The notes: generated from the letters alone by a model not told the origin. A stretch of DNA of 64,000 bases from Candidatus Falkowbacteria bacterium (GCA_003514005.1 DOSJ01000022.1:13804-77803), one strand, 5' to 3'; shown: positions 8,664-18,112, counted from the stretch's first letter. Made by a program: numbers and translations.

Positions 8664-10340
8664 TTAATAAACCAATTTTAACAAACCGTACATCGCCATT
8701 ATCTGAGCGAGTGGAACAGTTTCTTTTGGAAAAAATCCATTGGTTTCAATCTCTTTAAAATATTTATCATGGATTTTTATTTTCTCAGCTAAAACTTTTA
8801 CTATTTCTATCGGATTTCCCTTGTCTTTAAAATACAGATCTTCTTCATAGCTTTTTTGAAGATTCTGGCGCTTACTGATTTCATCTACAAATTTTTTATA
8901 AATACTGAACCTGGGAAAATTTTGTGACAAGATTTTTTCTACGATAGGCAATTCTTTCTTTTTTAAAATTTTTACTTTATGATTATCACCTGTCCCAAAA
9001 AATACACCCACATACCATGTTTTGGCGACATCTTGGTCTTTATTCTCCGGATGATAATTCATCAAGTCAACAGTCATATTTCCCAACTTCAATGGGTGTC
9101 TTCTAAAACGAGCATTTATATTTCGTTTTCGCGGATTATCAAACTTATTTTCTTTAAATGTGTTGAGATTATTTACCTTTTTGTAATTATTTGATAATTT
9201 TGAAAAATCTATCCTGTCATGTTTGATCTCCGATATCTGCATTTTTCTCCTGATTGCCTTTGCAAGAGCACTGCCCATATGCGGACAAACTGCGTTTCCA
9301 ATCTGTTTCCATTTAACCCCTTCCGATCCTACAAACTGATATACATAAGGAAACCCCATTAAACAAGCGATTTCTCTTATAGTTGGTGATCTATATTCAC
9401 CATCACCTTTTCTGTCGTATTCAGATCGATAAATTAATGCTTCTCTTGAGCTGGCGGACTTAGTCGCTAGAATGGTCCTGCTTGGCCTGTCTTCATTTTC
9501 AGGAAAAGACATTCGACCCATAAATGGATGGTTTGTTTTTAAATAATCGGCTTTTTCCCACTCGATTTTATATATACCTGAATCATAAAAGTGATCGGAT
9601 ATTTTTTCAGTCTCCAGGGCTATGCTAGGATAATTAGGGTCTTTCCAAACCTTTTTTTTATTAGTTTCATTCGGTTTAGGCATTTTACTTTTAATTTCTC
9701 GCAATTTAACATATTCCACTTGGGTGATTAACGGTTCTAAAAATTCATTTGTAGCTACCCATTCACCCGCAACAAACCTTTTCCTTCCCTGTGGCGCACC
9801 GAAGTCTCTTGCATTATGTATCGCACCGTTTGTAGTTACGGCTATGTCATCCGGTCTCATTTCATTTTCCAGTGCCCATTCCTTAAGGTTTAGATCCATG
9901 AAGCTGTATTGAATTTTTACGTGCGGCCTTGATTGTGGCACATTTTCCATGTACCATGCTTTCAGTACAGATTTTTTTTCATGCTTTTTTACCGCAACAA
10001 CCCTTAGATAAGTTTCAATCAACCTTATACCGTTTGTCTTGTCCGCTTTTCCTGCCTTGTTTGACATAGAGAATGAAACACAAGACGGACTTCCGACTAA
10101 AACTTCTGCCTTCGGCATCTTATTGATTTCAGAAACATCACCCGACGATTTCCCCCAAAAATCTAAAACGTTTTTCGTTGTGTCGTTTAATCCATGATTT
10201 AAATTGTGTGTGTCAATCGCCGGTTGCCAATAATCAAGCCCCATTATCACGTCAAATCCTTGTTGCCTAAATCCTTCAGAAAAACCACCTGCTCCGCAAA
10301 AAAAATCAATAACTCTCAGTTTGGTTATTTTATTTTTCAT
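8664..10340 (-). CDS. DNA (cytosine-5)-methyltransferase with about 200-aa C-terminal extension
   Basis: Motif I FFCGAGGFS, motif IV GSPSCVSFS (PC-like), motif VI ENV, motif VIII QGRKR, motif IX REIACLMGFP, motif X QIGNAV. An extra about 200 aa lies after motif X. Confidence 0.9.
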   Translation of the reverse strand: MKNKITKLRVIDFFCGAGGFSEGFRQQGFDVIMGLDYWQPAIDTHNLNHGLNDTTKNVLDFWGKSSGDVSEINKMPKAEVLVGSPSCVSFSMSNKAGKADKTNGIRLIETYLRVVAVKKHEKKSVLKAWYMENVPQSRPHVKIQYSFMDLNLKEWALENEMRPDDIAVTTNGAIHNARDFGAPQGRKRFVAGEWVATNEFLEPLITQVEYVKLREIKSKMPKPNETNKKKVWKDPNYPSIALETEKISDHFYDSGIYKIEWEKADYLKTNHPFMGRMSFPENEDRPSRTILATKSASSREALIYRSEYDRKGDGEYRSPTIREIACLMGFPYVYQFVGSEGVKWKQIGNAVCPHMGSALAKAIRRKMQISEIKHDRIDFSKLSNNYKKVNNLNTFKENKFDNPRKRNINARFRRHPLKLGNMTVDLMNYHPENKDQDVAKTWYVGVFFGTGDNHKVKILKKKELPIVEKILSQNFPRFSIYKKFVDEISKRQNLQKSYEEDLYFKDKGNPIEIVKVLAEKIKIHDKYFKEIETNGFFPKETVPLAQIMAMYGLLKLVY

Positions 10341-10582
10341 ATATGTTAAACCACAATTTTTTATTATTTTTTTTTCTCAATTAATTCAAAATTTAACATT
10401 TGCCACCTATTTTCTAAATAATCTTATCTAGTAAAGGGTCGTCCGTGAATACTTGTATTTAAATTAACAAAATTTATAAGATTATAATTATATTATAACA
10501 ATATTCTGGTAATAAATCAATAAAATTATTGTTTTTCTTCCTAAAAATATTAAATATTTTCTTCTTTGTTGTGTGATTATCC

Positions 10583-11350
10583 CTACATAAAAACTGCCCC
10601 AATCAAAGGCGTGATTACATGCAGGCAAATGTCTGCTGAGAAATGACTGATCATGGCTGACTCAAGTCCCCTTTTCCAATACAGATAGCCAAAGATAATG
10701 CCGCCGATGCCGTTTAGGACTACCGCGCGGATAACCACGACCGGGGTGATGGCGGTGATGCCGCTGGTGATTGGCAGATGGCCGAGGCCGAAGATGATTG
10801 AGGAGATGATGATTGCTAGCCAAATACCGATGACTGTCGGTTTGTTGTCAGCGGTTTTTTTGATCTTGAATGTTATCCAGACAAACAAGGTCATTAGAAA
10901 TAAGCGGAGCAAAAGCTCTTCTGCTATGCCACCGTAAAAAGAGGCTAGGAAAGATTTCCAGATCTGTACAGTCATTTCTGTTTTTAGAAAATCGAGCGAC
11001 ATCGAACCAAAAGGCAGACTACATAAAACAATCAGTACGCCGGCCAGCACACCCCAACCGATCGACGGGGCTAAAATGGATTTGAATCTTGCGCTCGGCC
11101 TCTCGCCCTTGAGCAGACCCTCCAAAATCGGCAAACCGAAACCGATCCGTTTGGCCAAAAACAAACCGAAAAAAATCACGATCGAAAACATTACAAGGCT
11201 TTGGATAGTGGTCGCCAGCAAAATTAACGGAGTTATGGCCGGCGTCGGTTTTGGCAAAAGCATTAGCGCGTAGGGCAAGACCATCCAGGTCGTAATAACG
11301 CTGGATAAAAGCAGAATAAAAAATAGTTTCCAATTGATTGCGTGTTTCAT
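10583..11350 (-). CDS. CPBP (CAAX/Abi) family intramembrane metalloprotease
   Basis: EELLLR motif, FGLGH motif and a later H residue in polytopic TM context, typical of CPBP/Abi proteases. Confidence 0.7.
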   Translation of the reverse strand: MKHAINWKLFFILLLSSVITTWMVLPYALMLLPKPTPAITPLILLATTIQSLVMFSIVIFFGLFLAKRIGFGLPILEGLLKGERPSARFKSILAPSIGWGVLAGVLIVLCSLPFGSMSLDFLKTEMTVQIWKSFLASFYGGIAEELLLRLFLMTLFVWITFKIKKTADNKPTVIGIWLAIIISSIIFGLGHLPITSGITAITPVVVIRAVVLNGIGGIIFGYLYWKRGLESAMISHFSADICLHVITPLIGAVFM

Positions 11351-11368
11351 AAGATTAGTACATCTAAT

Positions 11369-12088
11369 TTAAAATAAATTTATAAAATACTTAACCAAAT
11401 ACTGCGTATAGTACAATCCGGTAAGAATAAAAACGCTCGCAATTCCGTACCGCATCACCTTTTCTATTTTCTGCATGATATTAAATAGCTTGCCGACTTT
11501 TCCCAGACTGAATGCCAAGAGAAAAGAAAAGATTATTACCGGCAATCCGGTGCCGAGCGCGAACAAGGGCGGAAGCAATAAACCCTCGCCGGAACCTATG
11601 ACCAAAGGCATAAACATTCCAAAAAACAAAACTCCACTATACGGACAAAAGGCCAATGCAAATAATACGCCAAGCAACATTGACCCGATATAGCCTTTGC
11701 GCGACAGCCAATCTTTTACTTTTTCAAAACTCTGATTTTTAAAATTCAAGTTTAACTTGATAACATCAAACATAATCAATCCGATAACAATCAAAACCGG
11801 TCCCAAAACCTTGTCGCCCCAACCTTGAAAAATACGGGAGATTGAAAACGACGAGATGCCAAAATATATTAAAGTCGCCAACAAAGTGTAGCTAATGCCA
11901 CGCCCCAAAGTATAAAACAGTCCATTCAGTAAAGTATTTTTTACTGTTTTTATTTCCCGAGAAATATAAGCAATCGCCGTGATATTCGTAGCGAGCGGAC
12001 AAGGACTGATCGAAGTCAAAAACCCAAGCAGAAACGCGGTTAGCACCGGGATATTATAATTATCGATTAAAGCATTAATTAACTCCAT
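11369..12088 (-). CDS. CcdA/DsbD-like thiol-disulfide transmembrane electron transporter
   Basis: Six TM helices with an SPCPL motif in TM1 and a second Cys (CPYSG) midway, as in the DsbD/CcdA family. Confidence 0.55.
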   Translation of the reverse strand: MELINALIDNYNIPVLTAFLLGFLTSISPCPLATNITAIAYISREIKTVKNTLLNGLFYTLGRGISYTLLATLIYFGISSFSISRIFQGWGDKVLGPVLIVIGLIMFDVIKLNLNFKNQSFEKVKDWLSRKGYIGSMLLGVLFALAFCPYSGVLFFGMFMPLVIGSGEGLLLPPLFALGTGLPVIIFSFLLAFSLGKVGKLFNIMQKIEKVMRYGIASVFILTGLYYTQYLVKYFINLF

Positions 12089-12090
12089 AA

Positions 12091-12603
12091 TTAAATTCCT
12101 AAATAAGAATTAATTTTGTCTTCCAAGTGTTTCTTGAACTTTGCTTCATCACCAAGCAAGCGCCAAACCAGAGTATCCGGTTCGATCGTTTCCTGCCCGT
12201 CTTTTATCCGATTGATATACAAAGATGAACCAGTGGCCTTGAACTTTTTGGCGATTTCTTTATTCTCCGGCAAATCCACATTTATTTCACGATAATCAAT
12301 CTTGCCATTTTTCAGCTGATCATCATATTTATTTAACATTGTTTCATTAACAAATTGCCCGACAGTCTTGCAGGAATAACAGCGCGCAGTCGAATGAAAA
12401 TAATAAACCTCCAGCTTATCCGCCGTGATTTCAGTGCTCGGTTTTGATGAATCATCCCTATTGCCATTTTGGTTGACGCTAGCCGTTTCAGTGGATTGAG
12501 ATTTTAAAGCTGATTGATTGCCGGTTTCTCTTGCCCCCTTGCCGCACCCGGTAATAACGAGTAGCAATAGAATAAATATTGGTAAGATAAAAAAATTTTT
12601 CAT
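12091..12603 (-). CDS. lipoprotein with CxxC motif (thioredoxin-like?)
   Basis: Lipobox LLVITGCG plus a CYSC motif. Adjacent to the CcdA-like gene, suggesting an extracytoplasmic thiol oxidoreductase partner. Confidence 0.35.
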   Translation of the reverse strand: MKNFFILPIFILLLLVITGCGKGARETGNQSALKSQSTETASVNQNGNRDDSSKPSTEITADKLEVYYFHSTARCYSCKTVGQFVNETMLNKYDDQLKNGKIDYREINVDLPENKEIAKKFKATGSSLYINRIKDGQETIEPDTLVWRLLGDEAKFKKHLEDKINSYLGI

Positions 12604-12715
12604 AAATATTTTTTTTAATTCTTCAACATATTTTGCAACTTAGGCCGAAAATAAATAATTGATTTTTGGCCGATACGAACGGGGGTATTCACAAAATAAG
12701 TTAAAGAAATATTTT

Positions 12716-13726
12716 TTAAAAAGTAAAAATATTAAAAAAGTAACCGATAATCATAATCCCAATCATTGTTACGATAATAAATGCGGATAGCAATTTCCAA
12801 TCCATGGCTTTTTTCAAAATCAAAAGCCCGGGAATAGACAAGGTAACGGTTGCCGTCATAAAAGCCAAGGCTGTACCAAGCTCCACGCCTTTGTTGGTCA
12901 TGGCCTCCACAATCGGAATGACACTTACCGAATTCGCATAAAGCGGCGCTCCTAAAATTGTTGCCAAAGGCACGGTCCACCAACTGCCGTTTGCCAAATA
13001 CGCCTCAACAAAACTCCTAGGCACAAAACCATGTATCAACGCACCCAGTCCAACACCCAAAAGCACATAAGGAAAAATGCTTTTTGAAATACGGATGCCG
13101 TCTTTCCACCAAATCACTAAGCGTTTTTTTAAAGGAACTGTTTGCCCGCCGTTTTCAGCTACCGCCTCTTTTTGCGTTTTGAATTTCAAGAACGCCGGGT
13201 TAACACTCTTTTCAAATTTAAGCCGTCCGATTATCATCCCGGCTAAAGCACTGATTGCTATTCCCAAAATATTGTAAACAATAGTCATCTTGATTCCAAA
13301 GATTGATGGAAATATAAACAGCGACGCTTCATTAACCAAAGGCGAAGCAATCAAGAACGCAAAAGTTACGCCCAAGGGAATACCTGCGCCCACGAATCCG
13401 ACAAATAGTGGAATAGATGAACAAGAACAAAACGGCGTAATCACGCCAAGCATGCCGGCCAAAATATAATCAAAGCCATACCATTTGCGGCCAGAAAGGA
13501 TATCGCGCACTTTTTCCACCGGAAAATAATAGCGGGTAATCGCCATAACATAATTTATGAGTAGCAAAAGCAGACCGATTTTGATCGTGTCATAAACAAA
13601 AAAGTTTATCGCATCACCCCAGTATTTATCACTTATACCAAGCCAATTATAAGTAACTAGGTCAGCGAATATTTGTATCGGTTTAAAAATGTCCATGCTT
13701 GTAAATATACAATAATCAATGAACAA
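12716..13726 (-). CDS. UPF0718/ArsP-like permease
   Basis: Polytopic membrane protein with a TPFCSCSSIP motif characteristic of DUF318/ArsP permeases. Confidence 0.6.
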   Translation of the reverse strand: MFIDYCIFTSMDIFKPIQIFADLVTYNWLGISDKYWGDAINFFVYDTIKIGLLLLLINYVMAITRYYFPVEKVRDILSGRKWYGFDYILAGMLGVITPFCSCSSIPLFVGFVGAGIPLGVTFAFLIASPLVNEASLFIFPSIFGIKMTIVYNILGIAISALAGMIIGRLKFEKSVNPAFLKFKTQKEAVAENGGQTVPLKKRLVIWWKDGIRISKSIFPYVLLGVGLGALIHGFVPRSFVEAYLANGSWWTVPLATILGAPLYANSVSVIPIVEAMTNKGVELGTALAFMTATVTLSIPGLLILKKAMDWKLLSAFIIVTMIGIMIIGYFFNIFTF

Positions 13727-13760
13727 TAATCAATTTGAAATATAAAAAATTGTTTTACTT

Positions 13761-13830
13761 GTCATTCCCGCGTAGGCGGGAATCCAGGGTTTATCTCTCG
13801 AATCTGGATTCCCGCCTACGCGGGAATGAC
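13761..13830. repeat. perfect 25-bp inverted repeat (GTCATTCCCGCGTAGGCGGGAATCC / revcomp) with 20-nt spacer
   Basis: Arms 13761-13785 and 13806-13830 are exact reverse complements. Core is ATTCCC-N8-GGGAAT. Same GTCATT...ATGAC family as 28621-28718 and 34660-34777. Confidence 0.9.
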
Positions 13831-13899
13831 AGAAAATGAGTTTTTCTCAAGTCTCAATTTCAAAATTTCTCAACTTCAAACAAGCTGTTTACTCTAAAT

Positions 13900-14148
13900 T
13901 TAATACTTTGACAATACATCTCTAACATCATCCTCACCATGTCCCCCGCCAGTCAAAACCGGCTTACCATTTATAGCGAGTACCGGGCTAGTCATAACTC
14001 CCATTTCAATCATTTTTGTAACATCGGTAATGTATTCGACCTCTGTATCAATTTTTAATTCTGCGGCAATTTTTTTGGTTGTTTCGTATAGCTGTTTACA
14101 GGTTGGGCAACCTGAACCAAGCACTTGGATGCTTTTTATTTTATTCAT
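13900..14148 (-). CDS. thioredoxin-family protein (redox-active disulfide protein 2 type)
   Basis: 82 aa, GSGCPTCK CxxC near N-terminus, thioredoxin-fold length. Classic neighbour of ArsP-like permeases. Confidence 0.7.
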   Translation of the reverse strand: MNKIKSIQVLGSGCPTCKQLYETTKKIAAELKIDTEVEYITDVTKMIEMGVMTSPVLAINGKPVLTGGGHGEDDVRDVLSKY

Positions 14149-14196
14149 AATTTTTTAAAAATTTATTAATAACGAGTTGTATTTTCCGCAAAACGG

Positions 14197-14934
14197 TTAT
14201 TCAATAAACTTTGCGGCGTACATAAGCAAGACGCCAAGAAGAAAGATTAAGAATGATTTAACTGATCGCTTGAAATCAGGCTCTTTTTTTATTTCAGGCA
14301 TCAGGTCGGAGGCGGCGATATAGATAAACCCGCCCGCGGCAAATGGCAAGAGACCGGGAATAATGCTTTCAACTGATGACGAAACAAAAAAACCGACAAC
14401 TCCTCCCAGAACGACAGCCAAAGCAACGAGGTAATTTATCACAAGCGCCTTGACTCGATCAAAGCCCGCGTGTATCAAAACGCCAAAATCACCGATCTCT
14501 TGCGGTATCTCGTGCAGAGCAATGGCAAAGGTGGTAACAAAACCAAGCCTGATATCAATCATAAACGCGCTGGCAATAACCAAGCCGTCAATAAAATTGT
14601 GTACGGAATCCCCTAATAAATTTATATAACCGAATGTATGGATCGAACAATTTTCCTTGTGGCAATGCCGCCAGTGCAAAAGCTTTTCCATAAAGAAAAA
14701 GAAAATAAATGAACAAAGAACAATCATGTACAATCTTTCACCCTCGATCTTTTCCGCCGCTTCCGGCAACAGATGTAAAAAAGCCCCGCCCAAAAAAGAA
14801 CCGGCAGACAATGAAACTAAAAATATAGATATTCTTTGAAGCGTATCTTTTTTCAGGGCAAGCAAAAAAACCGCCACCCAGACGCAGAGGGTAATAAGGA
14901 ATGTGCTGAGAATAATATAGAGAAAAATACTCAT
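14197..14934 (-). CDS. ZIP family metal transporter (ZupT-like)
   Basis: HNFIDGL and HEIPQEIGDF metal-binding motifs in TM helices. Confidence 0.8.
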   Translation of the reverse strand: MSIFLYIILSTFLITLCVWVAVFLLALKKDTLQRISIFLVSLSAGSFLGGAFLHLLPEAAEKIEGERLYMIVLCSFIFFFFMEKLLHWRHCHKENCSIHTFGYINLLGDSVHNFIDGLVIASAFMIDIRLGFVTTFAIALHEIPQEIGDFGVLIHAGFDRVKALVINYLVALAVVLGGVVGFFVSSSVESIIPGLLPFAAGGFIYIAASDLMPEIKKEPDFKRSVKSFLIFLLGVLLMYAAKFIE

Positions 14935-15016
14935 ATATTTTAAAGTAATATTAATATGATATTATAAATATACAAGGTTTGCAATAGAAAGTATAATAAT
15001 TAATTAAAAATCTTTT

Positions 15017-15520
15017 TCATATCCTCCGACTATCATAAGCCCAATGGAGCAATGCCTGCCTTTGTTTCTTTCGACAATCAAAATCACCACGCACGCAGTT
15101 GTTCCTGACGGCTGACCAATGCCGCCGAAACGCGCGCCATCTTTTTATCTGCCTTTCATCATCCTCGTGCCTTCTGCCCAAAAAATATCGACAATACCAT
15201 TGAAACCAACCGCGCGGATCATCCGGATGAATCCAACCATTCGCCTGCCAAACTGACAGCGGTTGGCTGGCATTAACGCCAAAAAAATTCAGCTTGGGGT
15301 CATGAAATTCCAAACACAGCTTTGCCTTTTTAAACCACGCCGCAGGAAACTCTTGCCGGCAATCCGTCATATATTTCCCGCCAAAAACTCCGAGGCCAAG
15401 CATCTCCTCCGGAGTCAGCTCGGGCTTAAACCCGGAATGAAAATTCTTACCGCTTGCTTCACTTAAATAATAACGGTAATTACTCTGCATCTTGTCGTTG
15501 ACAGTGATTTGTTTTTTCAT
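15017..15520 (-). CDS. hypothetical protein (Trp/Arg-rich), elevated GC
   Basis: Clean 167-aa ORF with locally about 50% GC versus about 35% surroundings. No confident family assignment. Confidence 0.4.
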   Translation of the reverse strand: MKKQITVNDKMQSNYRYYLSEASGKNFHSGFKPELTPEEMLGLGVFGGKYMTDCRQEFPAAWFKKAKLCLEFHDPKLNFFGVNASQPLSVWQANGWIHPDDPRGWFQWYCRYFLGRRHEDDERQIKRWRAFRRHWSAVRNNCVRGDFDCRKKQRQALLHWAYDSRRI

Positions 15521-15578
15521 CTGAGTGGAGATTTTGAATTAAAAAGTTTTTATATCATCTTTTTTATCATTCAAAAAA

Positions 15579-16997
15579 TTATGACTTCTTTCTTTTTATA
15601 AATACTAAAAGTACCACAAACACAATCACACAAACAAATATTACCAAAATAATTTTAACACTTTGTCCGGACTTCCCTGTGGGTTCAGCCGAAGACTCTA
15701 CAGATTTCGGCGATTCCAAGCTTCGCGCTTCTTCGCCCTGCTTTATCCATTGCGCTTTTTCTTCTAAATATTTGGTCTCAGCCGCTACTGCGTCAAATGT
15801 ACTCGTAGCTAGCACAATACCGGCGCTAGACTTATACTCTTCACCAGCTTTTACGATCGTTATCTTGCTCTCGTCTTTTCGCGACTTCATTTCTGCGACG
15901 CCTTCTATCACGCGAACAGTTGTGTCATCACCGCTTACCTCTGCCTCAATAGTCGTGCCTTTTATACCCATCACATCATTCGGATAAGTGGTGTCCGAAT
16001 AAATATCTTGGCCGTCCAAAGCCTTTTGGAAATTGGCTTTTATTTTTCCGCCGATAATCTCGACAGCCGATTTGTCCTTTCTGGATGATGAACGAATCAA
16101 TAGCTGTGTCCCTTCTTCGAGACGGTAATCTTTTATCGGCCAAACGATGTAAGCGCTGCTTTCCTCCCCTGTTCGCACAACATCGCCCACGCAAAGAACC
16201 ATATCATATTTGGCAAATTTCCAATCACCGCTTTCAACCTTTTTTATCTCCACTGTTCCGCTTATCGCGCTGAAACGAGCATAGGAATCGACGCAATCTT
16301 CTTTTATGGATTCCCAGTCGCCAAAAGCATTATCATCCAAAGCCACGGCCTCGAATAGGCCGGCGTTATGATAAAATTGTTTTTTACCGGTCGCCGTATT
16401 TGGCGGAATATTCAAAGTAACGGTTTCACCGCCGTCAACATGTCCCCATAACTTATGTCCTTCCTTACTTTTATACGGCTCTTTCTCGAGAAATTCCCCA
16501 TCCGGACCACCGCTGAATATCATATCAAAAACAACCGAATCAAAATCCGGCTCATGCGTAGCCGGCTCCAGCGTAAAGGTCTGCTGTCCCATAAATCCTT
16601 TTCCCTCTGACATAATAGTCCCATTGCCGCCTACTACGTAAGTGGCTGTCAATTTTGCATCAGCATGATTTTTTTTCCAAAGCCAAAATCCGCTCTCACC
16701 ACCGGACTCTCCGACATTCCAAAAACGCAATGTAAAATTTATGCCCTTTATCGGTATTCTTGTCCAATCACCATTTTTGGTTCTACCATCCCCTCTTTCG
16801 ATAGATAAAAACCCAGGCGTGCCATCAGACAATTTATCCACCTCAACCGGCTCATCAAACAGAAAATATTTCTCAACAACTATTTCCTTGGGCGAAATAC
16901 CCATAGGAATTTCTACTGCTCTAGAAACAAAAGGAAGACTTAGAAACAAGAATAATGAGATTGAAAAAATTTTGTGCATAGGTTTTTTATTTTCCAT
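15579..16997 (-). CDS. secreted, C-terminally membrane-anchored protein
   Basis: N-terminal signal peptide, large soluble region, single C-terminal TM followed by KRKKS. Confidence 0.4.
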   Translation of the reverse strand: MENKKPMHKIFSISLFLFLSLPFVSRAVEIPMGISPKEIVVEKYFLFDEPVEVDKLSDGTPGFLSIERGDGRTKNGDWTRIPIKGINFTLRFWNVGESGGESGFWLWKKNHADAKLTATYVVGGNGTIMSEGKGFMGQQTFTLEPATHEPDFDSVVFDMIFSGGPDGEFLEKEPYKSKEGHKLWGHVDGGETVTLNIPPNTATGKKQFYHNAGLFEAVALDDNAFGDWESIKEDCVDSYARFSAISGTVEIKKVESGDWKFAKYDMVLCVGDVVRTGEESSAYIVWPIKDYRLEEGTQLLIRSSSRKDKSAVEIIGGKIKANFQKALDGQDIYSDTTYPNDVMGIKGTTIEAEVSGDDTTVRVIEGVAEMKSRKDESKITIVKAGEEYKSSAGIVLATSTFDAVAAETKYLEEKAQWIKQGEEARSLESPKSVESSAEPTGKSGQSVKIILVIFVCVIVFVVLLVFIKRKKS

Positions 16998-17051
16998 ATT
17001 ATTTTTTTATTTTGATTGTTCATATTTACGAAATTCAATACATCACATTTT

Positions 17052-17987
17052 CTAATCTTCTTCTTCATAATAATAAGAGTAGTCTATTCCTTTCATAAAC
17101 ATTTCACGATTGTTAATTTTATTAGTCAGAGCTTTTTTAAATAAATTTTTTATTTTTATACTATTTCCGGAGCTATGTTTCATTGCATTTATATAATCTT
17201 TTTTACCTATTTTACTCCAATCCACACATTTTTTAAGACGTTTTTTTAGTATTAAATCAAGCCAAATACGAGTACTTCTTCCATTGCCCTCCATAAAAGG
17301 ATGAGCGACATTCATTTCTACATATTTATCGACAATTTGTACGAAATTATTTTCCGGCATCTGTTCAATTTGTTTGAGCGTGTTTTCCAAATACTGTGCC
17401 ATCGCAAATTGAAAACCATTTTTTGAAATATTTTTCTGTCGGATTTTTCCCGCAAAATTATACAAACCGCCAAATAAATAAGCATGAATTTGTTGCAGGC
17501 CTTTGCTTGTGCCAACTTCAATGCTATCAATAAGAGAACTTTCAAACAAAGCGTAAGCTTTGGTTTTGCTTTTTCCATCGATGCTCTCATCGCTGTATGT
17601 AAACCAGTCAATAAATCGATTAGCTTTAGTCCCTGGGAATGTTTTGCCTAGGGCAATAATCCCGTCATGGTCCAACATATCAGTCAGATATCGTTTCCCA
17701 TCACTTGCCAAAAGTTTCAGTTGGGTAGTAGCACTAACCACCTGATTGTTCTCTTTCTTGAGCTTGGCTTTGAGATATTTCCAATAGTTGCGGGTTTTAG
17801 CGTAATCATTCTGGTTTGTGAGAACGGCGATGATGTCTAATACGCTAAACCACCATTTATTATTTTTTTCATCCCAAACGGCACGAACTTCTCGATCGTT
17901 AAAAAAACGAATTGAAATTTTATGATTCATATTTTTTAATAGTTTAAAAGTAGTATATCTGAATTTCCGACATACCCAATATACCAT
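17052..17987 (-). CDS. Bro-N domain / Fic (Fido) domain fusion protein
   Basis: N-terminal Bro-N-like region ([29 protein letters not shown]). C-terminal Fic motif [12 protein letters not shown] (HPFx[DE]GNGR). Confidence 0.75.
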   Translation of the reverse strand: MVYWVCRKFRYTTFKLLKNMNHKISIRFFNDREVRAVWDEKNNKWWFSVLDIIAVLTNQNDYAKTRNYWKYLKAKLKKENNQVVSATTQLKLLASDGKRYLTDMLDHDGIIALGKTFPGTKANRFIDWFTYSDESIDGKSKTKAYALFESSLIDSIEVGTSKGLQQIHAYLFGGLYNFAGKIRQKNISKNGFQFAMAQYLENTLKQIEQMPENNFVQIVDKYVEMNVAHPFMEGNGRSTRIWLDLILKKRLKKCVDWSKIGKKDYINAMKHSSGNSIKIKNLFKKALTNKINNREMFMKGIDYSYYYEEED

Positions 17988-18112
17988 TTTACAAGGCGAA
18001 AAGCAATATCTGTTTGCCTGAAATTAGCTTAAAAAAAGAAATAAATATACTGTATTGATAAAAATAAAAAAATAGAATACAATAACAGTACAAAAAATAA
18101 AGGAGAAGAAAT

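Noticed and set aside
10698-11333. ORFs 10698..10937(+), 10870..11085(+), 11019..11333(-) and 11076..11273(+) inside the CPBP protease locus
   Set aside because: All overlap the CPBP gene on other frames or strands and have no motifs. They arise from locally higher GC reducing stop-codon frequency.
12732-12983. 83-aa minus-strand ORF overlapping the 3' part of the ArsP-like permease in another frame
   Set aside because: Internal alternative frame of a polytopic membrane gene with no support.
13761-13830. Interpreting the ATTCCC-N8-GGGAAT palindrome as evidence of Neisseria origin (dRS3)
   Set aside because: Base composition, gene content and the divergent sister elements show a low-GC non-Neisseria genome. 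The resemblance is coincidental or reflects convergent palindrome structure.
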